A stretch of DNA of 64,000 nt from assembly GCA_963775685.1 (NCBI GenBank), contig CAVZJV010000014.1, forward strand, positions 192,001-256,000, written 5' to 3'. This DNA comes from Candidatus Bathyarchaeota archaeon. GTDB taxonomy: Archaea > Thermoproteota > Bathyarchaeia > Bathyarchaeales > Bathycorpusculaceae. Under the pieces are notes generated by a model, which searched no databases, was not told the origin of the DNA, and worked only from the letters and a program-made list of their open reading frames with translations. The translations under genes were made by a program, and so were the position numbers. Below are positions 9,339 through 18,519 of this stretch, piece after piece. The number at the start of each line of letters is the position of its first letter. Positions within the stretch are counted from its first letter, which is position 1.

Positions 9339-10034
9339 CCTTAGAAACCTTGTTTTCCTTGTTTTACTAGGGATAATTATTTAATCATACTAAATAGAGA
9401 TAGAATTAGGCTCTTTAAACTCTATTTAATGTTGATTATTCCATAGAGATGAAAGGAATAATTAACATGGTACTAAACCAAAAGGAGCGCAATCTATTCT
9501 TTATTTGTATCCTAATTAATTTATATACGTGGAAACCCCCGTTTTTTAAGGGTTTGCGGTACCAAAAATAAAAAAAAGATAGGTTTAATGCGGCTTCATT
9601 AAGCATACACGGCTTTGCGTAGCTTACTAACCACATACCTATAAGGCATGTCCAGCCATTCATAAACGCGGTGTACAAGCACCAAGATATAGATAAGTAC
9701 CTTAGCCCACTTTGACAGCACATGTTTAGAAGCTGGTAAGTTGAATAAGTTACAGCTACAATAACGCGCACTGTTAAAGTCTATGTGTTTATGATAGCCA
9801 AATCTACATCTATAAAAACGGTTGGCTTTAGTGCTAAGTTTCTCTTTACGCAGCCCTTACAGTTAACGCATACCCAATCTTGCTTCGCGCCGAACGGTCG
9901 ATCAGCGTCAGCTCCCCAATTAGCCTGTTTAAGCATCTCACTTGAAGATTGAGTTAATGTGCGAACCTCAAAAAACAACTTTGCAGCTTTGAGGGTATAT
10001 GGTTAAATTTAAAAAATCTCTTTAATATTGCTAA

Positions 10035-10550
10035 TCATTCTTTAGCAGCTTCCTTCTCTGCATCCAACATTATAACAAGCGCAAGTTTACCTTCACGCGG
10101 TTTTAGTCCGAAGAAAGCCTTTAGAAATCTTAGAGCAACACCGCTAAGTATAGCTTCGACCTTTTTCTCAAAAATCTCTCTAGGTTGATCGTGAGGGTTT
10201 GTTATGAAAGCAGCGACTAAAAATTTTCCATCAGTTTTATATTTATAAACCGGCTTAGGAATACTTTTGATAAATCTTATTGCTTCATACTTTCCAAGTT
10301 GTGTTTCAACATCTTTAGCATTTTCCGCTTTTATTCTATACCATTGGCTTCTTCTATCCCCAGCCTTATCAAAATGTTCAATTTTTCCTTGTGATTCTAA
10401 TAGCTTGACGTATTCTGCTTAGTCTGTTGGTTCCGATACGTGTAATCCTTCTCTTAATTGTTTGAAATTTAGCTCTTTACGCTTTGTGAGCAAAGATTGA
10501 AGTTTTAAAAGGTTATCGTTACGGTCATTTTTTGCCCAGATGTTTGTCAA
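10035..10550 (-). CDS. Winged-HTH (MarR/ArsR-like) regulator with an in-frame TAA at 10419-10421 (error or pseudogene)
   Basis: AGGTGA SD + TTG 10550. Manual translation: LNFKQLREGLHVSEPTD*AEYVKLLESQGKIEH...DRRSQWYRI, open to TGA 10035. Confidence 0.7.
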
Positions 10551-10557
10551 ATCATCA

Positions 10558-10597
10558 CCTAAGTTACTTAACTTATCCTAAGCTATTATATATATTT
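10558..10597. promoter_or_regulatory. Divergent promoter with palindromic operator candidate
   Basis: TAAGTTA-CT-TAACTTA (10560-10575) next to TTATATATATTT, between head-to-head regulators. Confidence 0.5.
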
Positions 10598-10616
10598 TAT
10601 CACAATATTGTTAGCC

Positions 10617-10853
10617 ATGCCAATCTTAAGGAAAATATTGAATGTTGGCGATAGCCAAGCCGTAACACTTCCAAAGTCATGGCTACGGACCGCAGAAGAA
10701 GCAGAAGGAAAAAAAGCCATAGCCGTTGCAATGGAAGTTGACGGATCAATTACCCTAAACCCTGTTTTTGAAAAAGAACAAAAGGCTGGAGTGACCCCCC
10801 GAGAAGGAAACCACGCCAGCCAGCAACCCCGGAGGATTGCCAATAATGAATAA
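10617..10853 (+). CDS. AbrB/MazE/SpoVT-family DNA-binding protein
   Basis: RKILNVGDSQAVTLPKSW signature. Confidence 0.85.
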   Translation: MPILRKILNVGDSQAVTLPKSWLRTAEEAEGKKAIAVAMEVDGSITLNPVFEKEQKAGVTPREGNHASQQPRRIANNE

Positions 10854-11080
10854 TTCTTATTCTACACTTAAGAATTTTGCTACTACGCGACCAACAGCAA
10901 GCCGTTTTGTAATAGTAGCAAAAATCTATCTGAGCAACAGCAAAAAAACCGTCAAGATTCTTGACTTAGACGGTCGCCTTTTAGGCATCGCATTACGCAA
11001 CGAAATTTCTAGATCTTTTAGCTGGAAAAGTCAGCCATGTAAACGTAGTTAAACCCCAACATGGAGCGCCAACACAATGA
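10846..11080 (+). CDS. Hypothetical protein, probably frameshifted near 11005
   Basis: Alternative frame ILDLLAGKVSHVNVVKP...TQ* ends in an ATGA overlap with the primase start. Confidence 0.45.
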
Positions 11081-12042
11081 ACTCCGAGCTATTAAGCGCG
11101 ATCTACGCATATCACGACATAGGATTAGCCATTATTCCATTCTACATAAACAAAGAAGGAAAAAAACGACCAAACTTAGACGAAGGCGAAAAATGGGAGC
11201 AATGGCAAACACAGCCACAAACAAAAGCAGAATTAGAAAAGTACATACCCCGCATACTTGAAAAAGAATTATTCGGAATTGTCACCGGAACACCTATCCA
11301 AGTTGACGGAGAAACCTATTATTACCAAATCATAGACCGCGACATAAAAGACCCTGATTTAACCGAGGAAATCAAAGAGAAAAGCAAACAAGCCATAAAC
11401 TTAATGCGAACAACTAAAACCATAAGAACCCTCAGCGGCGGCGACCACTTAGATTATTATAGCCGAACCCAAAGCAAAGGCAAAAAACTAAACAAAGTAG
11501 GCATGGAATTTTTAGCTACCGGGAACTTGTGTGTAATGCCACCTAGTAAAGGCTATTCACTTGTCAACGATAATTTACCCGCTATCGTTGATAACGTCGA
11601 AGATATGTTTTTTGATTGTATAGAAAAAGCTGGACTAGCCACCCAACAATTAACCACAAAAACACTAAAAGCCTTAGAAACACCCAAAACCTACAGAAAA
11701 AAGAATTTGCGCCCATGCTTCTTAAAACTGATGGAAAAGGACCACCTAGAACACTTAGAAAAAGTTGCTTTAATTTATGAATTGTATTTTTGCGGCAGAA
11801 CCGACCAAGAAATAGCGGAGTTATTCCATGAACACCAAGCATGGGAACCAGCGCCAAGACACCATTACAACCAAATAGAAACAGACAAAGCAATACAAAC
11901 CACCTTAGACTATGCCAAAAAAGACTATTTCAGATATAAGAAAGAAACCTTAGCAGGCTTAGGGATATGTAGCGCAACTTGTGAATATATCCAAGAACCC
12001 GATTGCCGCGAAAAATCAAGAAACAGTCAACCGACAACATAA
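11077..12042 (+). CDS. Bifunctional primase-polymerase (Prim-Pol) domain plus PriL-CTD-like Cys-containing region
   Basis: GLAIIPF, KRP..W..WQ, GIVTG, DRD, TLSGGDH and VMPPS motifs; then RPCF..H.EK..L and CxxxC. Confidence 0.8.
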   Translation: MNSELLSAIYAYHDIGLAIIPFYINKEGKKRPNLDEGEKWEQWQTQPQTKAELEKYIPRILEKELFGIVTGTPIQVDGETYYYQIIDRDIKDPDLTEEIKEKSKQAINLMRTTKTIRTLSGGDHLDYYSRTQSKGKKLNKVGMEFLATGNLCVMPPSKGYSLVNDNLPAIVDNVEDMFFDCIEKAGLATQQLTTKTLKALETPKTYRKKNLRPCFLKLMEKDHLEHLEKVALIYELYFCGRTDQEIAELFHEHQAWEPAPRHHYNQIETDKAIQTTLDYAKKDYFRYKKETLAGLGICSATCEYIQEPDCREKSRNSQPTT

Positions 12043-13628
12043 ACCCAATAGCAGATATAGCCAAGATCATTGAGAAAAAATACAGTTTTGCAGTAGAAAA
12101 AAACACAGAGATCCTTTATGTATTTGACACCGAGCAAGGCATCTATACAAGTAAAACAGAGCCACTAATCAACACTGAAATCTGTATCTTACTGGATGAT
12201 GAAACCCGCGTTAAATACTTCAAAGATGTTGACAACTGGATAAGAAGCAACCCAAAAACGCCAAGAGTAGAATTTAATGCCGACACAAACATAATAGCAG
12301 TTAAAAACGGAATATTGCATTTAGACACCAAAACTTTAGAGCAAATTGGGCCGCAATTCTACCTAACAAACAAGATACCACACAACTTTAAACCAAACGC
12401 AGAATGTCAACCAATAAAAGACTTCTTAGCTGTATCAATGCCAAACGAGAAACACCGCCTACAACACCAAGAATTTTTAGGCAAAATCATAGGCAGAGAA
12501 AACCACCATTTCCACGAATACGGAATAATGCAAGGTGAGGGAAATAATGGCAAATCAGTCTTAATTGACATAGACACCTACTTTTTAGGAAAAGACAACA
12601 TAAGCAGCCAAACACTACAATCCTTAATTTATGACAAATTCGCAACTGCCAAACTAAAAGATAAATTTGCCAATTTTTGCGCAGACCTACCTAGTACAAT
12701 GCTTAAACACATGGGAACAATAAACATGATTGCAGCAGGCGACCGCATAACCTCACAAAACAAATATGGCGATCCGTTCGACTGGAAACCAAACTTAGGC
12801 ATGATGTTTAGCTGTAACGAAGCCCCAGCCATAGACCCCTCAGAGGACCACACAGGCACTTATAGACGCATCTTGATATGGGATTTCCCAGTGACGTTTA
12901 GCCCGAATGACCCCGACCCAACACACCGCGAAGATAAAATGCTTAGGGATAAGCTGATGAATGAAGATCTTTTGGAGGGCTATCTCAACTATGCTATCGA
13001 AGGCTTAGAACGCCTAAAAACACAAGAAGATTTTACCGCAAAGTTAGCACCACAAGAAACCCGAATAGCATACATTAAACGATCAAATAGCCCACAAGCC
13101 TTTATAATGGAATGTTGCCAAGACACCGACGACGAGAACGACATAGTATTTGCAGACGACCTTTTTAGAATGTATATAGCGTATTGCGTAGCCAAAAAAC
13201 TAACAAGACGAACCAAAGGAGAACTAACAAAAGCATTATACAACTATGCCCCAGGCGCGGAAAAAACAAAAGCTAAAAAAGACCCTGAAAATAAGCAATC
13301 CCCCAGAGTTTATGCGTTTAGATTCCTAAAAGTGCCTAACTTGGACAACTTGGACAACCACTTTTCAAAAGTATTAAAAAATAATTCTCAACAACAAAAA
13401 ATAAAAGTTTTAGAAAATGGTTGTCCATCTTATCCATCTGAGACAAAAAAATTGGCGCTAGGGGAAAACCGAACTTGTTTTCCTGAATGTAAAAACTATC
13501 ATCAAGCGGCTTGTGAAAAAGAGAATTATGGAATGTTACTACCTAACACTTCTATTTTTGGTTGTAAGAGTTTTGCAGCTCATAACGAAGAGAGGAGGTT
13601 TTCCAATAATGGAAGCCCAAACCGTTAA
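12003..13628 (+). CDS. D5/P4-family SF3 helicase, probably fused to the upstream Prim-Pol
   Basis: D5_N-like IAVKNGIL, Walker A GEGNNGKS, FSCNEAP, YRRILI. Confidence 0.85.
   Translation: MPRKIKKQSTDNINPIADIAKIIEKKYSFAVEKNTEILYVFDTEQGIYTSKTEPLINTEICILLDDETRVKYFKDVDNWIRSNPKTPRVEFNADTNIIAVKNGILHLDTKTLEQIGPQFYLTNKIPHNFKPNAECQPIKDFLAVSMPNEKHRLQHQEFLGKIIGRENHHFHEYGIMQGEGNNGKSVLIDIDTYFLGKDNISSQTLQSLIYDKFATAKLKDKFANFCADLPSTMLKHMGTINMIAAGDRITSQNKYGDPFDWKPNLGMMFSCNEAPAIDPSEDHTGTYRRILIWDFPVTFSPNDPDPTHREDKMLRDKLMNEDLLEGYLNYAIEGLERLKTQEDFTAKLAPQETRIAYIKRSNSPQAFIMECCQDTDDENDIVFADDLFRMYIAYCVAKKLTRRTKGELTKALYNYAPGAEKTKAKKDPENKQSPRVYAFRFLKVPNLDNLDNHFSKVLKNNSQQQKIKVLENGCPSYPSETKKLALGENRTCFPECKNYHQAACEKENYGMLLPNTSIFGCKSFAAHNEERRFSNNGSPNR
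13338..13436. repeat. Inverted iteron-like repeats around an AT-rich core (putative ori)
   Basis: AACTTGGAC x2 + AACCACTTTTC ... GAAAATGGTTGTCCATCTTATCCA, with an A/T-rich spacer at 13367-13412. Confidence 0.6.
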
Positions 13629-14776
13629 GGTTGTTTGCCCCGAATGTGGCAGCAAGAGTTTTCAAAGATGGCTTTAGGGAAGCACCTTTAAACTCTGCTT
13701 CAATTGAGCCAATTCAACGCTACCGATGTGCAGATTACGGTCACCGCTGGAGCGAACACATTGTTTTAAATACTGTCAAAGCCAATAAAGAAACTAACCA
13801 TTTCAGCGCATCCGGAGCGAAAAAAATGGTTTCCATGCAAAAAACAAAAATTTGCATGGGTGAGGAAAGAACACCAACCGCTAACGAAATTAAAGCAGCC
13901 CCACATATTGAACGGTTAGCAACCCAACTATTCAACGATGGCAGAGACAAATTAACAATACGGAACTATCGCACATACTTATCGTATCTTTTAATCAACG
14001 GCGCAGACTTGTTTGATCCCGAAAGCACAAAAGCAGTCTTAGCAAAGCTACCTATGAAGAAAAACACAAAACGCCTAATCGTCAGCTTACTTAAAACCTG
14101 GTATGAATTCCACAATATAATGTGGAAAGCGCCAATATACAACCGAGACAACGAAATACCCTATATTCCAACTGAAGCAGAGTTAAATGAGCTTATAGCT
14201 GGATTAGGAAAAGTACTTGCTTGTTTCTGCTCAATTTTCAAAGATACAGGTGCAAGAAGTGGCGAGATTGCGCGGTTAACATTGAAAGACATTGACTTTA
14301 ACACGCATACTATCAACATCAAAGGTGAGAAACGCAGCAACGGCCGAATTCTACCACTGACAGAAAGAACCCTTTGCACGTTAACCAATCTGAAACGTAG
14401 AAAAGACGGAAAAATCTTTAGTAGCGTAGTAAGCCTAAGAAGCAACTTCAATATTTCACGGAATAAAATCGCGGAAAAAATCGGAAACCCCAACATCTTA
14501 AAGGTTCATTTCCATACTTTCAGACATTGGAAAGCAACAACTGAGCTTCATAACTACCATGACCGCGAGAGAGTACAAATAATACTAGGGCATAAAAGCG
14601 CAGATTCAACAGAAACTTATGTTCACATTGACAAAATGCTATATCTTAACTCAGGAACGGACCAGTTTGTTTGCAAGGTTGCTGATACCTTGGAAGAAGC
14701 GTTAAAGCTGATTGAAGTCGGCTATGAGTTTCACGTTGAGATGCAGGGGCATAAAATATTTCGGAAGCGGAAGTAA
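13609..14776 (+). CDS. Tyrosine integrase with N-terminal zinc ribbon (frameshift near 13655)
   Basis: GGAGG + ATG 13609 gives MEAQTVKVVCPECGSK/RVFKDG..QRYRC. TGARSGE, HTFRH, LGH and TY motifs; ends FRKRK. Confidence 0.9.
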
Positions 14777-14880
14777 CATGCAGAAATTGCTAACATACCG
14801 ATTTTTACGTATATATATCTGCATGTTAACAAGTATTAAGTACTCCATGCCGCTGAATCAATATTCAAGAGGATATTTAC

Positions 14881-15528
14881 ATGTCTGAACGTTTCGCAAA
14901 GAAATGGGAACAAAAAAGAGAAGGGGACTCATTAAGTAAAACATTGCTTAACACAATCCAGCCGGCTCCAGCACTAAAAACCGCTTTAGACCATGCTTGC
15001 AGAAAACTAGACTTGCAAATCAACAAATTAGACCAAGCAAATGAACGCTTCACACAAAAAGACAAAGCCCTGTTCGCCAAAATCGTTGACGCCTACACTA
15101 AACATGATACTGCACATGCAAACATTTACTCAACCGAATTAGCTGAAATCCGAAAAATGTCAAAACTAATCATGAACGCAAGACTGGCACTAGACCAAGT
15201 AGCACTAAGAATACGTACAGTGTCAGAACTAGGCGATGTAGTAGCTGCACTAGGACCATGCGTTGGGGTTCTACGCAGCGTCAGCACAGGATTAGGCGGA
15301 GTTTTGCCCGAAGCAGAAGGCGAACTAGGCGACATCGGCAACATGCTAAGTGGTTTAATGCTCGAAGCAGGCTCAAGCGGCGGAATGTCACTCAACTTTG
15401 ACTCAGTAAACGAAGATGCCTCAAAAATTCTGTGCGAAGCAGCAACAGTAGCAGAGCAAAGAGTCAGTGCAAACTTCCCCGATCTACCCCCTGGAATGCC
15501 CGGAGCATCCAACAAATCAAAAGCTTAA
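14881..15528 (+). CDS. cdvB: ESCRT-III / Snf7-domain cell-division protein CdvB homologue
   Basis: Snf7 helical core (A.IY..ELAEIRK...L.QV.LR..T..ELGD); C-terminal FPDLP MIM2-like motif. Confidence 0.85.
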   Translation: MSERFAKKWEQKREGDSLSKTLLNTIQPAPALKTALDHACRKLDLQINKLDQANERFTQKDKALFAKIVDAYTKHDTAHANIYSTELAEIRKMSKLIMNARLALDQVALRIRTVSELGDVVAALGPCVGVLRSVSTGLGGVLPEAEGELGDIGNMLSGLMLEAGSSGGMSLNFDSVNEDASKILCEAATVAEQRVSANFPDLPPGMPGASNKSKA

Positions 15529-15845
15529 GCTTAAGGGTCCTTGCTTTGTGTTTTCGCAGAGGAATTCACTGCAATCAAAGCAGTGTGTCACGGCTTTGGT
15601 ATAAGCGCAGTTAAGCTTAAACAAACCTTCCCCTTTCATCATTTTTTATTTTTTAATTTTAAAATCTGAAAATTTATAGAGACCCTATTTCTTTTATAAA
15701 ATTCAATTTATGAATTATCTGATCTAAACATTGCTTAGTTGCTTAAAACATAAACTGTGCAATGTCGATTAAGTTGAAAGAACAACTGTTCTAATGATTG
15801 GACTTATATTTACCCTACAAACTCATTAGGGCTGAGGTTACGCGG

Positions 15846-16292
15846 TTGAATGGGGACAGCGAAACAGAGCTTGAATACTCACTACGCGGCAAGGCCTGGA
15901 AGGTCTACTGGTTCCTGCTGAAAACAGGGAGCTCAGTTGGAGTCCGCGAAGTTCAGCGGGCTTTACATTTTAGCAGTCCCAGTATAGCTTTTCATCACCT
16001 TGAGCAGCTGCGGGAGTTGGGATTGGTTGAAAAGCAAAATGTCGGCGGCCACTACATATTGGTTGGCCAAGTAAAAATCGGCGTTCTACGCCATTATGTA
16101 AAGTTGGGCAAACTCTTGTTTCCACGTTTCTTCTTCTACGCCCTGTTCTCAAGTATATTCTACGCAGCTTATCTGCTGATAATCGTTCACAGTTTAAGCA
16201 GGGATAACCTGTACATCATTTCCTTTGGTGCCATAGTCTGCGCAGTTTTTTGGTATGAGGCTTATCGTGTGTGGGAAATGAGGCCATTCTAA
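15846..16292 (+). CDS. wHTH regulator with two C-terminal TM helices
   Basis: GVREVQRALHFSSPSIAFHHLEQL HTH; GAGGT SD before TTG 15846. Confidence 0.8.
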   Translation: MNGDSETELEYSLRGKAWKVYWFLLKTGSSVGVREVQRALHFSSPSIAFHHLEQLRELGLVEKQNVGGHYILVGQVKIGVLRHYVKLGKLLFPRFFFYALFSSIFYAAYLLIIVHSLSRDNLYIISFGAIVCAVFWYEAYRVWEMRPF

Positions 16293-16341
16293 ATGTTAGA
16301 ACAGGCTGTTCGTGGGCTTAGCATAAAATAGAAACTCGCCT

Positions 16342-18363
16342 ATGTATGTCAAGGAGATAAACAGTATGGTTCAGAAAGAAGTTAGAAAAAAAACTAAAAT
16401 TTACGGAACAGTAGCAGTGCTCTCAGCTATCGTGCTAGTTTCTATGGTTTATGCGTTCGGCACCTCCCCGACAATTTTGCCATTCAACCAACCGGTCACT
16501 GTTTCAGGCATGAAGACGTTTCCATCGATGGAGGTACTCCAAGATTACTTGAACACAACTTCGGTAAGTAGTCTACCAGAAATGTATTGGGGGCGTCCAA
16601 TGGTTACTACTTCATCGCCAACTGCGGCAGCACCGGGCATCTATGGAGTCAACAACGATTATTCCTCCACAAACATCCAAGTTGCAGGGGTAGATGAGGC
16701 TGACACGGTAAAAACAGACGGAAAATACATCTACACCATTTCTACAACTCAGAACAGCTTGTTTTATAATTCTGGATATGGTTCACAAACCAGTAACAAC
16801 GTATACATTATAAGTGCCGACCCGCAAAGCGCCAAAGTAATCTCAAGAATCACCCTTGATAATGACTTAAGCCCTGATGGGCTGTTCCTTAACCAAGATA
16901 GCACAAGACTCATCGTTATTTCAAGCAAATACCAATCATACTCTGCTGCCTCAAATGGTATCATGATTATGCCCTACTACAGCGATGTCTCAACATCCCT
17001 ATACGTGTATGACGTTTCAAACAAGGCATCTCCGGTTTTGGATAGAAACGTTACTGTTAGTGGAAGTTACTTTAATTCCCGCATGATAGGCAATTATATT
17101 TATGCAGTTACTAGCCAAAATGCCTACGTATTTAATGGTGCCGTGACAGTTCCAGCCGTTTACAAAGAAGGAATAGCTTATGCCGCTTCGCCCACAAGCA
17201 TCTACTACGCTGACATGAACCAATCCTACAGCTACTCATTCACCAGCTTCTATGGCATCGATGTGGCAGACAACCAACAGCAACCCACAAACATGACGGT
17301 TCTAATGAGCGGCGCAAGCACAATGTATGTTTCACCAGATAACATCTATGTGGCCTATCCAAACTGGGTTAACGGCAGCGATGTCACATCCATTTATAGA
17401 GTAAAAATCGACGGTTTACAATTGACTTTGGAAGCTCAAGGAGGTGTTCTAGGCTACACCATAAACCAGTATGCAATGGACGAATACAATGACAACCTGC
17501 GAATAGCAACCAACATGCAAAGAATAGACCCAGGCAAACCCTTTATGGGCACAGAACAAGGTACACAAGTCAACAATGTCTATGTGCTCAATCAGAACCT
17601 GTCTTTAGTAGGCAAATTGGAAGGGCTAGCGCAGGGCGAGAACCTCCATTCAGTCCGCTTTATGGGCGACAAATGCTACCTTGTAACTTTCATTAGAACC
17701 GACCCTTTGTTCGTCATCGACCTTAGTCAACCAACAAACCCCATAGTGCTAGGCGAACTCAAAATCCCCGGCTACAGCGACTACCTGCACCCCTATGACG
17801 AGACACATTTAATTGGAGTCGGCAAAGAAACCGTTGAAGCACAGGAACAAGATTTCGCTTGGTACCAAGGCATAAAGCTATCTCTCTTTGACGTAAGCAA
17901 CGTAAATAGCCCTATTCAGCTGGCAAATTTCACAATTGGCGACAGAGGCACAGACTCTCCAGTCTTAACAGAACCCAAAGCTTTCCTGTTTGATAAGACA
18001 AAAAATCTGCTGGTGATCCCAATAAGTTTGGCATTGGTGGATAACTCTACGCTTCAAGAGTTTCAAAAATATGGTCAATCGGCGGCGTCTGCTTATGGCA
18101 CAACGGTTTGGCAAGGCGCTTATGTCTTCAGCCTCTCCGTGGACGGCGGCTTTACTCTGAAAGGTACCATAACACATATAGACCCAATATTGCTAAACAG
18201 CGAGGGATACCTAATCGACAACGTAGATTACTGGAACACCCAAAACCAATGGATCACAAGGTCGTTCTACATTGGCAATACGATATACACAATATCCAAT
18301 GCAGAAGTCAAACTCAACAGCCTTACCGACATGACCCAAATTGCCCAAGTTAGCCTCCAATAA
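16342..18363 (+). CDS. Secreted beta-propeller domain protein (COG4880-like)
   Basis: YSSTNIQVAGVDEADTVKTDG, DPLFVIDLS, GELKIPGYSDYLHP. Confidence 0.9.
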   Translation: MYVKEINSMVQKEVRKKTKIYGTVAVLSAIVLVSMVYAFGTSPTILPFNQPVTVSGMKTFPSMEVLQDYLNTTSVSSLPEMYWGRPMVTTSSPTAAAPGIYGVNNDYSSTNIQVAGVDEADTVKTDGKYIYTISTTQNSLFYNSGYGSQTSNNVYIISADPQSAKVISRITLDNDLSPDGLFLNQDSTRLIVISSKYQSYSAASNGIMIMPYYSDVSTSLYVYDVSNKASPVLDRNVTVSGSYFNSRMIGNYIYAVTSQNAYVFNGAVTVPAVYKEGIAYAASPTSIYYADMNQSYSYSFTSFYGIDVADNQQQPTNMTVLMSGASTMYVSPDNIYVAYPNWVNGSDVTSIYRVKIDGLQLTLEAQGGVLGYTINQYAMDEYNDNLRIATNMQRIDPGKPFMGTEQGTQVNNVYVLNQNLSLVGKLEGLAQGENLHSVRFMGDKCYLVTFIRTDPLFVIDLSQPTNPIVLGELKIPGYSDYLHPYDETHLIGVGKETVEAQEQDFAWYQGIKLSLFDVSNVNSPIQLANFTIGDRGTDSPVLTEPKAFLFDKTKNLLVIPISLALVDNSTLQEFQKYGQSAASAYGTTVWQGAYVFSLSVDGGFTLKGTITHIDPILLNSEGYLIDNVDYWNTQNQWITRSFYIGNTIYTISNAEVKLNSLTDMTQIAQVSLQ

Positions 18364-18519
18364 CCTCTTCTTATTTTTTTATTGTTTATGGATAGTGCTT
18401 TTTATATCATTTATTCAACGCACATTAAATTAACTTTTTAAAAAACATATGCTTTGGGATGCCTATCCCTATTTAATATGTTGAAACAACTGCTCAATGA
18501 ATTTTTCATATAACTTTGT

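Larger units (their letters stand above)
5821..14831. mobile_element. Integrated plasmid/satellite-like element (integrase, Prim-Pol, D5 helicase, second tyrosine recombinase); boundaries approximate
   Basis: Gene content, AT-richer composition, short tightly overlapping ORFs, and repeats at both ends. No capsid, terminase or conjugation gene recognised. Confidence 0.8.

Noticed and set aside
9436-9978. Two minus-strand Cys-rich ORFs, possibly one frameshifted gene
   Set aside because: No recognisable family and the reading frame is ambiguous, so not called.
14777-14880. tRNA gene as integrase target
   Set aside because: No cloverleaf or T-arm consensus at either end of the element.
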